Below, one piece after another: positions 8,627 through 18,800 of a stretch of 64,000 nucleotides of DNA (position 1 is the first letter of the stretch; every line of letters begins with the position of its first letter). The notes below the pieces were generated by a model. It searched no databases and was not told where the DNA came from. It was given only the letters and a program-made list of their open reading frames with translations. A program made the position numbers and the translations under genes. The stretch lies in IMG/VR virus record IMGVR_UViG_3300027260_000002; one strand, given 5' to 3'. The DNA comes from a virus (taxonomy: Duplodnaviria; Heunggongvirae; Uroviricota; Caudoviricetes).

Positions 8627-9469
8627 ATGGCGAGATATTTTGATAGATTTCCGGTAGTCGATTACGATGGCAAGATTGTCAAAAATATCTTGGCACGTGT
8701 TGACTTTACTGAACAATCTAAAAAAGAGATCTACTCTAACTTCCAGTTTACTCTTGAAGAAGGGTTCGAACGACCAGATCTATTGTCTTATAATTATTAC
8801 GGCTCTTCGCAGTTTGATTGGATGATATATCTTACGAATAATATCGTCGATCCTTATTATGATTATTATAAATCGACAGAAGATTTTAAAAAATATATCG
8901 ATAATAAGTACGGGTCGACAGCAAACGCCAGAGTTATTATTAAGTTCTATAGAAATGGTTGGCACACTGACGAAAGACTTATTACTGTTGCACAATTTGA
9001 AGCTTTACAGGCAGACGAAACATTAAACTTAAGAAAGTATTGGAAACCTAAATTAACTAATATTGGTGCAATACTTGGATATGAAAGAATCAAAGAAGAT
9101 TGGGTAGTATCTACTAATAAGATCGTTCTTCTTTCTCTCACTGTATCTCCTTCATCATTTGTTATTGGAGATAGAGTATCACAGACTAGTACAGGAGCAT
9201 ATGCCACTGTTGATTTCATCGATACAGAAAACAAGACTTTGACAGTAAAACATGTATCAGGAACCTTTGTAGCGAATACTACTGAGGGCATTAGTACAGT
9301 AACACTTCTAAAGCAAAATATCTCCGATGCAGAAGCTTCATATTGGTATGCAGTAAATGCATATGAAGAGGAACAAGAAGTTAACGAGATGAAGAAAAAT
9401 GTCACGCTTCTCAAGTCTTCTTATCTTGCGGAAACAGAAAAACAATTCATTCAACAGCTAAGTACATAA
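8627..9469 (+). CDS. gp53: Baseplate wedge protein gp53
   Basis: MARYFDRFP.VDY...KNILARV...ERPDLLSYNYYGSSQFDWMIYLTNNIVDPYYD (LysM-like gp53 motif). Confidence 0.88.
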   Translation: MARYFDRFPVVDYDGKIVKNILARVDFTEQSKKEIYSNFQFTLEEGFERPDLLSYNYYGSSQFDWMIYLTNNIVDPYYDYYKSTEDFKKYIDNKYGSTANARVIIKFYRNGWHTDERLITVAQFEALQADETLNLRKYWKPKLTNIGAILGYERIKEDWVVSTNKIVLLSLTVSPSSFVIGDRVSQTSTGAYATVDFIDTENKTLTVKHVSGTFVANTTEGISTVTLLKQNISDAEASYWYAVNAYEEEQEVNEMKKNVTLLKSSYLAETEKQFIQQLST

Positions 9470-9470
9470 T

Positions 9471-10739
9471 ATGAACTCGATTAGAGACGGACAATTTAAA
9501 CTCAACGAATTTATAATGATCGATGCTACAGCTAAAACAGCAGACTGTGGCAAAGCTCTTCAATTGACTCCTGTTTGCGTAAAAGCAAACATCTACGAAT
9601 CTGTTTTGAGCCCGACCGTGCGAGCAGATTTTGAGTTCTATGATTCAAAAGGAATGTTTGATAATTTTCTTTTTAAAAATAAAAAAATCATTATCGAGTT
9701 TACGACCAACGAATCTAATTCAAAGTCTGCTATTCGTTATGAATTTTATGTTCAAAATGACGATCCGGTTGTTCCTACAACAGATGATAAAGGCGTAGCA
9801 TATAAACTCAGTTGTACGACATATGAAGTATGGAAATCTCGTAATTTACGTGACGCACCTCTTTCGAAAAAGAAGATAGAGTGTGAAAAAATGGTGAAAG
9901 CGTATCTTAACGTTCTTGGTTCGAATAAAAACTTGTTCGCAGAAAAGACTCGTGGGCTGCATGCATTTAATCTTACTCTTAAAACACCGTTGCAATGTAT
10001 CGATGAGATTCGCGTCGAATATGCTATGTCTCAAGAATTTAAAGGTCATGCGTTTTATTTCTTTGAGAATAAGTATGGATTCGTCTTCAAGAGTATGGAG
10101 ATGATGATTAGAGAAGGCAAAGAGAATATTGGTGACAAATGTTTCATGCAATCTACATTAACAAACCTTGATTTTGAAGGTGCAAAATGGAGAAACATCT
10201 TAGCATTTAAATCTATTCAAAACGGCAACCAAGGCATCGCAAAAGTTGTTGTACAAGAAAGAAACACAGTTACTGGTGAAATTACTACGTATAGTGTAGA
10301 TCCAAAAAAATTAGAGTTTGAAACTTTAAATGAAAAGTCTATATCTTCTACTCTAAAAAGACAAAATCAGTTAGAAGAAAATGCAAGTTTATTAGTAAAA
10401 ATAGATCGTGATCCGACCACAGAAAATGCAGAAAGAGCCGAAAAGAAAAATCACGTTCCCATTTACATGGCGCATTTCTTAACGACTATCGCGCAGATAA
10501 CTATTTATGGAGATAGCACAATTACCGTCGGCGATGTTATTCACTGTCAACTTCCAGAATATAATGCTCGTACTCAAGGTGATAAAAATCCAATAAGAGA
10601 AGATAGTGCTATGACTTCAGGTAATTACATGGTAACTAAGTGCCGACATGTTTTAACTTTTAATGAGAAAGCAGAATATATGCAAGGCCTTGAGATCGTA
10701 AAAGACGGCATTGGCGGTACTCCGCGTGTGCACAAATAA
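9471..10739 (+). CDS. Probable baseplate hub protein (gp27/late-control-D-like)
   Basis: Sits between gp53 and gp5. C-terminal ITIYGDSTITVGDVI...SGNYMVTKCRH pattern and YFFENKYGFVFKS are typical of hub proteins. Confidence 0.6.
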   Translation: MNSIRDGQFKLNEFIMIDATAKTADCGKALQLTPVCVKANIYESVLSPTVRADFEFYDSKGMFDNFLFKNKKIIIEFTTNESNSKSAIRYEFYVQNDDPVVPTTDDKGVAYKLSCTTYEVWKSRNLRDAPLSKKKIECEKMVKAYLNVLGSNKNLFAEKTRGLHAFNLTLKTPLQCIDEIRVEYAMSQEFKGHAFYFFENKYGFVFKSMEMMIREGKENIGDKCFMQSTLTNLDFEGAKWRNILAFKSIQNGNQGIAKVVVQERNTVTGEITTYSVDPKKLEFETLNEKSISSTLKRQNQLEENASLLVKIDRDPTTENAERAEKKNHVPIYMAHFLTTIAQITIYGDSTITVGDVIHCQLPEYNARTQGDKNPIREDSAMTSGNYMVTKCRHVLTFNEKAEYMQGLEIVKDGIGGTPRVHK

Positions 10740-10753
10740 TAGAGGATGATAAA

Positions 10754-11563
10754 ATGCAAGCACCGTATTTTTTTGAAGGCATAGTAGCAGAAGATCCAAC
10801 ATCAGAACTCGGGCTTGGAGCTGACGAACCTCAAATCGGAAGAGTATTAGTAAGAGAAATTTTAGGTCACTCGAACCAAGTTTCATCAGACGATTTATTA
10901 CCGGCTCGCATCATCATGCCTCCAACAAGTGCTGGGACAGCAGGTATAGGATTAAGTCCGACTGGACTGCTTAAAGGCACGCGCGTGATGTGTATGAAAT
11001 TCCCTGACGAGAATGCATCATATGTAATAGGTGTATTAAATTATGCAGCTGAAGGCAATCACAGTGTATCTTCATATGCTCGTGGTCAAGGTGAACCAGA
11101 AGAAAAAACTCAGAATCGAATTAAAACTGATGATGGTTTCTACGTTGAACCAGAATCGAAGTATAAGGCGAGATATCCTTATAATAATACCATGACTACT
11201 CGCAGCGGTCACTTAGTAGAGTTCGATGATACTCCTGGATCAGAACGTGTACAGGTTTATCATAAATCTGGATCTTATCTTGAGATTTTACCAGATGGAA
11301 CCATCGTGACAAAGTCAGTAAAAGATCATATTCAATTAGCCTCAGGCAACATGACAATTTTTAATGTCGGCGATGAGAAGGGAGATAAGAATATTGAGAT
11401 CACATGTAATCAAGGTAAGATTACTATTACTGCGCAGTCAGATGTCGATATCTATGCAAATGAAGGCAACGTAGGAATCTATGCAAATAATGGCAGCGTG
11501 CAAGTTGTATCACAATCAGGCGCGGTGGATATTAAAGCTGCAATTGTTGGAATCAATGCATGA
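10754..11563 (+). CDS. gp5: Baseplate central spike gp5 (OB-fold plus short beta-helix, no lysozyme domain)
   Basis: FFEGIVAEDP...GRVLVR...IMPPTSAG..GIG.SPTGLLKG; YPYNN..TTRSGHL.EFDDTPG.ER..YHKSG.Y.EI.PDG. Only 269 aa. Confidence 0.88.
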   Translation: MQAPYFFEGIVAEDPTSELGLGADEPQIGRVLVREILGHSNQVSSDDLLPARIIMPPTSAGTAGIGLSPTGLLKGTRVMCMKFPDENASYVIGVLNYAAEGNHSVSSYARGQGEPEEKTQNRIKTDDGFYVEPESKYKARYPYNNTMTTRSGHLVEFDDTPGSERVQVYHKSGSYLEILPDGTIVTKSVKDHIQLASGNMTIFNVGDEKGDKNIEITCNQGKITITAQSDVDIYANEGNVGIYANNGSVQVVSQSGAVDIKAAIVGINA

Positions 11564-12891
11564 GACCGATAGTCTATGTTCCTGAAGTTCCTAACTTGGA
11601 ATGTGGTCCTAACGGGCAAATATCTTTCCGTCAAATGGAAGACTATTTCGTAGGCATTGCAAAGATCATTAGCCAACTGAAGTTACAAGCAAAGTTTATT
11701 CAAGACGAGTGCGGTAAAGAACTCATTGAAGCTATTCGAGACATGGAAAAGCTAGTCGATGATATTACTGGCATTCTGATGACTGACGTCTTTAAGAAGA
11801 TCAAGTCAAAAGAACAAGAGATGAAGTATAAGGTCCGCGAGTTCCTAAAAGAGATCGACGTATGGTTTCAGAAGAAGATCGTCGAAGCCCTGCTCAAGAT
11901 TGTTGATATTCTTGGTATTCCTGATGTATTGCAAACGCCAATTCCATTCGTCACAGCTGTCACCCTATTAGACGAAGCCGGTAATCCTGTTCGTTATCAG
12001 CCAGTAATCAAGGATTTGTTTACGAAAGAAGGTAAAGTCAAGATCAAAGCTGCAATTGCCGAAGACATTGAATCGGTTCGAAAGTTTTTTGGTGATGGCA
12101 AATACGACGGAACACTTGGAATTAAAAGCCCTGAGCATGAAGCCGAAGAATTTTGGCAGAAAGCTTTGGCGTGGATGAAAGAACTACTGAGCGATTTCAT
12201 TGCCGCCTGCATCAATGCAATGATCAAGTTGCTTACTAAGATTCCTATTATTGGTCCAATCATTGAAAGGATTGGAGTATTCATCGATCCTACGAAGCCT
12301 ATTAAAGCGCAATTAAAACTGAAGTATGAAGATTTTAAGAAACGTATTAAGAAGGCCAAAGAAGACGTCTTGTCGGGCAAAGCGGCAGAAGATCTCGGAG
12401 AGAAGTTACTCCAAGAACTGATAGACTTTGTCTTGAACTTACCGATCCCGCTCTTCGGAACTTTAGGTAATTTAATTGGTTTCGATAACGAAGAACGTAA
12501 GAAGAAAGAAACGATTCACTCGAAAGAAGAATTGTGGCATCGAATTGAAGATGCGTTCGAAGATGCCATGGAAAAGATTAAGAAGTTCTTTCAGACAGAT
12601 TTCATTGCCAAGATACATGATATCATACTCAAAGCTCCTGGTTGGATTCTACAGCAGTTTCCAATCGTCGACAAGATTATTAAAGCGATTAAGTTGATCA
12701 TCGACATCTGTCGTGGCAAAGTATCGATCTGTATGGTTTTAAATATCATTTTAAAACCGATATTTGGTATTCCAGATGCGATCTTAAAATTCATTCCGAA
12801 TTGCATCGAGATACGTAGAACGAAGTACGGACTAGAACCGAATCCAGACAACCTGCCAAAGTGGGCTCAGCCTGCTTCTGCAACTGTGTGA
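11560..12891 (+). CDS. Hypothetical protein, predicted largely alpha-helical
   Basis: 443-aa ORF with an ATGA overlap with gp5 and amphipathic I/L/K-rich helices. No family recognised. Confidence 0.7.
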   Translation: MRPIVYVPEVPNLECGPNGQISFRQMEDYFVGIAKIISQLKLQAKFIQDECGKELIEAIRDMEKLVDDITGILMTDVFKKIKSKEQEMKYKVREFLKEIDVWFQKKIVEALLKIVDILGIPDVLQTPIPFVTAVTLLDEAGNPVRYQPVIKDLFTKEGKVKIKAAIAEDIESVRKFFGDGKYDGTLGIKSPEHEAEEFWQKALAWMKELLSDFIAACINAMIKLLTKIPIIGPIIERIGVFIDPTKPIKAQLKLKYEDFKKRIKKAKEDVLSGKAAEDLGEKLLQELIDFVLNLPIPLFGTLGNLIGFDNEERKKKETIHSKEELWHRIEDAFEDAMEKIKKFFQTDFIAKIHDIILKAPGWILQQFPIVDKIIKAIKLIIDICRGKVSICMVLNIILKPIFGIPDAILKFIPNCIEIRRTKYGLEPNPDNLPKWAQPASATV

Positions 12892-12907
12892 GGTGGATTA
12901 GGCTAAC

Positions 12908-13483
12908 ATGTTAGATCAATATTCAGTATCAGAAAATGGATATTTCTTTTCAGATGTTAGCGAACCGACAGTTCCAACAGTTTCTTATGGGGATCTAAGC
13001 CCACCAATCGCAATACGATTTACTGTGCCAGAACCTGGAGTCACCACGGTTGAAATTGACGATTGGTATATGCCGACTTTCGTACGATGCGAACAGAATT
13101 GCGTCGATGATCTATTATTATGTGCAGTTTATGTATTTGCAACAGATCATGATGTTGTTGTTGATGATTGGTATCCTTTCAGACACGAAGTCAACGATAC
13201 GTTTGAGGTCGGAACAGTTGTTTCGTACGAAGATTGTGATATGATTTTGACTGATTTTGTGTATGATGGCAGCAACAAACTTCTTTCTTACATTGAAACG
13301 AATAAATCTACATTTGTAATGATACGATATGATTTTACTCGTTCGGCTGGTCCAGGATTAGATGCGATTGGTAGCAACGAAGATTATCAAAACTTTGCCT
13401 TTACTGGCCAGGTTGGGCTTCTCTCTGACGATGTTGCAAATGTCGACATCGAAAACTATGAGATATTAGAAACCATCATATAA
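12908..13483 (+). CDS. Hypothetical acidic protein
   Basis: 191-aa ORF, D/E/V/Y-rich, in operon orientation. No family recognised. Confidence 0.65.
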   Translation: MLDQYSVSENGYFFSDVSEPTVPTVSYGDLSPPIAIRFTVPEPGVTTVEIDDWYMPTFVRCEQNCVDDLLLCAVYVFATDHDVVVDDWYPFRHEVNDTFEVGTVVSYEDCDMILTDFVYDGSNKLLSYIETNKSTFVMIRYDFTRSAGPGLDAIGSNEDYQNFAFTGQVGLLSDDVANVDIENYEILETII

Positions 13484-13487
13484 TCAT

Positions 13488-13495
13488 TATAAATA
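13488..13495 (+). promoter_or_regulatory. T4-type late promoter
   Basis: TATAAATA about 20 nt upstream of the gp25 ATG. Confidence 0.8.
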
Positions 13496-13515
13496 AGATA
13501 AAGCAGTAGGGTAAT

Positions 13516-13944
13516 ATGACAGACAGAATAGATGCACTGACAACAAGGAAAACAACACAGCGTGATCCTGTGTTCACTGACTTCTATAACAATTTTAATA
13601 TTCATCCTCAGAACAAGAGACTTGCTCTCTATACCGATGAGCAAGCTGTCAGAAGATCGATGCGGAATATTTTATCGACCAATACAAAAGAACGTTTGTT
13701 TAATCCAGAATTTGGTGGTGGACTTCGTAGATTCTTATTTGAAGATATTTCTGTCATGACAGCCGACTTAATGAAAGACGCTATCAAAGAGTCTATCGGT
13801 AAATATGAGCCAAGAGCGAGAGTAGTAGATGTGTTAGTAGTGTCGAATGAATTCGCCCATTCTTACGACATATCAGTCTATTACGAGATCATAAATAATG
13901 CTAATCCGCAGACACTTCAACTCACCCTTTATAGAGTAAGATAA
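13516..13944 (+). CDS. gp25: Baseplate wedge subunit gp25
   Basis: AVRRSMRNIL.T...ERLFNPEFGGGLRRFLFE...I.KYEPRA. Confidence 0.92.
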   Translation: MTDRIDALTTRKTTQRDPVFTDFYNNFNIHPQNKRLALYTDEQAVRRSMRNILSTNTKERLFNPEFGGGLRRFLFEDISVMTADLMKDAIKESIGKYEPRARVVDVLVVSNEFAHSYDISVYYEIINNANPQTLQLTLYRVR

Positions 13945-15824
13945 TGGCAGCAAATTCCAGTATAGTCCTTACACAGCTAGATTTCGATTCCTATAAAGAT
14001 TCGCTCAAGACCTTCTTACGGTCTCAAGATCGATTCAAGGACTATGACTTCGACGGAAGCAACCTTTCAGTGCTTCTTGACGTGTTGTCTTACAACACAT
14101 ATCAGAACGCGTTCTACCTGAACATGATCAGCAACGAGATGTTTCTTGATTCTGCTAAGTTGCGCGATAGCGTAATTTCGCATGCCAAAGAATTAAACTA
14201 TCTTCCGAGATCCTTTCGATCTTCATCAGCTGTGATTCAACTCGTCATCACTTCTGCAGATGCATCAAAGCGCTCGATTGTTATTCCAAAGGGTACATCG
14301 TTTTCTTCACGCGTCGATGACTTCACTTATAACTTTAGTACTACTGAAAATTATGTGATTACGAACAGAACTCCGTCGGGATCAAACTTCGTATATGAAA
14401 GCGAAGCGATTCGAGTATACGAAGGCAATTATCTTAGCGATACTTACAATGTGAACTATAATAGTCCGCTAATATACAAGATCAGTAATAAAAGAGTTGA
14501 TCTTGAAAGTTTATTAGTTACAGTTTTTGAAGATAACGGCACAACAACTCACACTTACACTCGCGCAACATCTCTTTTTGGCCACGATCTTAACTCAAAA
14601 GTATTTTTCTTGCAGCCAGGAATTGGAGATGCATATGAAGTTGTCTTTGGAGACGGCGTTGTAGGTCGTAAACCAAAAAACAATTCGGTAGTAGTTATCG
14701 AATATCGTGTTTGCAATGGTGAACTTCCTAACGGAGCATTCAGGTTTATTAATACTGCCCGTATCGATGACGAATCGAATGTAGTTATTGAAACTATTAC
14801 TGCTGCTACAGACGGTGCTGTTGCAGAAGATCTCAACTCGATTAAGTATAATGCTCCTCGTGCATTCACTACACAAGAACGTGCAGTGACTTCAGAAGAT
14901 TATGAGAACTTACTCAAAGCAAACTTTCCTGAAATTAACGCAGTCGTTGCATATGGCGGAGAAGATGCTAATCCTCCTCAATACGGCAGAATCTTCTTGT
15001 CGATTGATCTCGATGAAGTTGATGGTCTTCCAAAGATTAAAGAAGCAGAATATAAGAAATTCTTGAGGTCAAGATCTTCTGTTGCTATCGAACCGCTCTT
15101 TGTTTCTCCTGATTACACATATCTGTATGTCAATACAAATATCAAATACAATATCAACCTGACAGGTTTGAATCCAGAAGATATTCGCACGAACGTTATC
15201 GATTCTATTCTGACACACGCTTCTGTCAATCTCAATAACTTTGGTCGCACTCTTCGCTACTCAAGATTTATTCGTGATGTCGATGCTGCAGAAAATAGTA
15301 TCATTAGTAACGAAACTCAGGTTGAACTCGTCAAGTATCTGACACCTGTTTTGAGTACGACGGTGACTTCTACTCCTACATCAACTTCTGGTTCGCTTGT
15401 ATCATTGGCGACTTCAGGTGTAGTATCATCTGGTCAGAATGTAACGATTGATTTTAAAAATCCGCTGAAGAACGATGTTCCAGGTAAAGGTGCAGAGCAC
15501 TTAATAGGTGATATTCATGTCGTAAGTTCTTCGACATTCACTTATAACGGATTGCCAAATTGTCGCCTTGAAGATAACGGTGATGGTATTATGCGTATCA
15601 TCAATACTTCTGGAACACAGCATAGAACCATTCTTGATATCGGCACTGTTGACTATGATACTGGTATCGTCAGAATCAACAACTTTAATATTACTAATTA
15701 CACTGGCACTTCTTTGAAAATCTATGCCAAGCCGCGTACTCTTGACATCACTTCTTCTCAGAACGTGATACTCAATATTCTTGAAAATGACGTCGACGTC
15801 ACAATTGAACAGATCAGAGAATAA
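13944..15824 (+). CDS. gp6: Baseplate wedge subunit gp6
   Basis: LDFDSYK.SLK.FL.SQ..FKDYDFDGSNLSVLLD.L.YNT..NAFY.NM..NE.FLDSA.LR.SV.SHAK.L.Y.PRS; NAP..F.TQ.RAVT.EDY. Confidence 0.95.
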   Translation: MAANSSIVLTQLDFDSYKDSLKTFLRSQDRFKDYDFDGSNLSVLLDVLSYNTYQNAFYLNMISNEMFLDSAKLRDSVISHAKELNYLPRSFRSSSAVIQLVITSADASKRSIVIPKGTSFSSRVDDFTYNFSTTENYVITNRTPSGSNFVYESEAIRVYEGNYLSDTYNVNYNSPLIYKISNKRVDLESLLVTVFEDNGTTTHTYTRATSLFGHDLNSKVFFLQPGIGDAYEVVFGDGVVGRKPKNNSVVVIEYRVCNGELPNGAFRFINTARIDDESNVVIETITAATDGAVAEDLNSIKYNAPRAFTTQERAVTSEDYENLLKANFPEINAVVAYGGEDANPPQYGRIFLSIDLDEVDGLPKIKEAEYKKFLRSRSSVAIEPLFVSPDYTYLYVNTNIKYNINLTGLNPEDIRTNVIDSILTHASVNLNNFGRTLRYSRFIRDVDAAENSIISNETQVELVKYLTPVLSTTVTSTPTSTSGSLVSLATSGVVSSGQNVTIDFKNPLKNDVPGKGAEHLIGDIHVVSSSTFTYNGLPNCRLEDNGDGIMRIINTSGTQHRTILDIGTVDYDTGIVRINNFNITNYTGTSLKIYAKPRTLDITSSQNVILNILENDVDVTIEQIRE

Positions 15825-18800
15825 TGAAGAATATAGAAAAAAGAATATCTCCGTTAATTCAGAGTCAATTCCCTTCTTTTTACCAAGAAGAGGGTGAGAA
15901 CTTCATTGCGTTCACTCGAGCTTATTATGAGTGGCTAGAATCGACTAATAATCCTTTGTATCATACTCGTCGACTACCGAGTTACAGAGATATTGACGAA
16001 ACTACTGACGACTTCATCGTTCACTTCAAAGAAAAGTATCTGAAGAACATTCAGTTCGACACTGCCACGAACAAAAAGCTTCTTGTCAAGAACTCACTCG
16101 ATCTGTATCGCGCAAAGGGTACAGAACGTTCGATCGATCTTTTCTTTAAGCTTGTATATGGTACGGCTGCTGAAGTACAATATCCTGCAGAAAAGATCTT
16201 TCGTCTTTCAGATGGTGTGTACGAGAAACCAGAATATCTTGAAATCGGATACTCAATCTATAATATCGACTATGTCGGCAAGCAAGTTGTGGGCCAGCTT
16301 TCAGGCGCCAAAGCTTTCGTTGAGAAGTATATTCGTAGAAGAGTTGGTAAAGGCTTCGTTAACCTACTTTATATTTCTGGAAGACAGGGCGAATTTCGTA
16401 ACGGCGAAGTCATCGGTCTAAATATCAATAATGAACCCGTATTCGATATTACCAAAAGATCGAAACTCGTAGGATCCGTAAAAAGAGTTACAGTTCAAAC
16501 TCGTGGTCGAGACTTTACTGTCGGAGACATCGTAAGATTTACGAACAGCGATCGCGGTCTCGGCGGTTTAGCACGAGTAGAATCTACGAATTCGGCAGCT
16601 GGCCTCGTAGATTTCATTTTTATAGACGGCGGATATGGATACACACTTAATGCCGAATCGATCGTCTCTGAGAAAGTATTAAACCTCAATGAAGTGACGG
16701 CAGATTTTACGGCGGAAAACTACTATCGTCTATTCGAACGCGGTGTTCAACCTGTAGTCAATATCGGATACAGTGCGGCCACATCAAACGTTTCTGTAGG
16801 AAATACTGTATATCGTTATGCTGCGAATGGCATGCTTGCTGCACAAGGAAGAGTACTCGAAGTTGCACCTTCTTCGAATACAAATGGTTTTATCTCGGTA
16901 TCACACACTTCAGGCGTATTCGTTCCATCTGCTATCTATTATACTGGAACGAATAACACAGGAACAAGCTTCACAGCAAGTACACTGACAGACAAGTCAA
17001 TGTCTGGTAAGTTCATGAACATACCGACAGATTATGCTGTTATTATTACTTCACCTTCAGCAACATTCAGTGTAGGTGATGTCGTACAGCAACAGAATGC
17101 AGGATATATTACTGCTTCTGGTACAGTGGCAAATGTGATCCAGCTAGAAGGCGAAGTTCAACTTACTCTTACCAATGCTCGCGGCGCTTTCAAGAACAGT
17201 AAGCGCATGGCGGATTGGGATTACAAAGTTGGAACAGGCACAATCACTACATCTACTACAAGCAATGTAGTCACTGGAACATCTACTGCGTTTAATAACA
17301 ACTACATCAACTCTACGCTTTATGTCACAGGCAACGTGGCGGTTGGTAACGTAATCAGTGTAACCAATTCAACTTCTTTGATACTTTCTGCAAATGCATC
17401 TGCAAATGCTGTCGGAAATGCTCATAACTACGGTTTAACATATAAGCTTATCAATCAAACCAACAATCAAATCTTTGCGAACGTCAGTTACGTCAATCTG
17501 AATGCTGGTTTATATGACATCAAGAAGCAAGTTCATGTCATTGCGTTTGATGAGTGCTCTTCGAATAACGTTACCTTTGCGAATAACATCTACATCTACA
17601 ATAGCGCGAATGCGATTGTTGCTGAAGGTACTGTAATCACTGCTAACTATGCTTCTGGATCAAACAGCGGAACGTTAACATTCCTTTCTCGTAAAGGATA
17701 CTGGAACGAAACAGATACGGTATACACCGCTGCAAACGCAGATAACTTTAAGATTACATCTTATTCGCTCGACATTACCGGTGGCGACTATGTTCGTTCA
17801 TTCCCTTCGAAGATCGTTGCTCCGCTTTCAAATACCACCGCAAATATATCATCGATTAGTTTTGGAACAGGCGCTGGTTTCGGTGTAGGTACGATCGGCG
17901 AAACAGAAGTCATCTTCATCGGTACGGATCTTATTGCTGCCAACAGCCAAGATACACTCGACTATAGTCGTCTTCAACTCTCTGTGACAGCGAATACTGG
18001 GTTCGATGAAGGTCAAAGAGTATATCAACAGATCCGCAAGGTTTCATTTAATCCTTCGACTGCTGCAAATGCAACGACAGGGTTTATTACTATTACAAAT
18101 GCTAATACTTACTATATTGCAGGCGATCGAGTTACTTATGAAGTAGCAACAGGTAATACAGTAATCAGTGGACTCGAAAGCGGTAAACCTTATTACGTCG
18201 CATTCTCAAATACCACTGGACTCATTCTTTCGAGTCCTGCGAACAAGTATATTCATATCAATAGCACGAGTTTTCCCGGAGAAAGCTTTGCTAATACATC
18301 GTTCAATATTCCGGCATTTGCTGCAACTCGAGCGAACGAGTCTGGTCACTTCTTATACAAGACTGCACATGCAACATTATATGATGTGACTGGAACGAAT
18401 CTTCTTATCAAAGATCCTATTCGCGACTTTGGTTTCACAAACACGACTTCTACACCATCAAATAGCAATATCATTGTCTATGGTAATAATCTTGTGAATA
18501 CTGCAATTACAGCGGTGACAGAATTATCGACGATTGCACAGGCGAATCAAGTGTTTGCTTCAGAGTTTATCTCTTCAGACGCATTCGGATTTCCAAAGAA
18601 TCCACAAGGCAACTTACTCGATAATCTGTATGCATGTCTGACGTTTGGTAGATTTGAGATCGGGATTATTGGATCACTCAATCAGATCAATCCAGGTGAA
18701 GACTATAACGTCGATCCATTTGTTCTTGCACATCAGCCATACATTTCAGGTTTCGATCGTAAAGACTTTGTAATTACGTTTGAAAATGCAACAAGAAACT

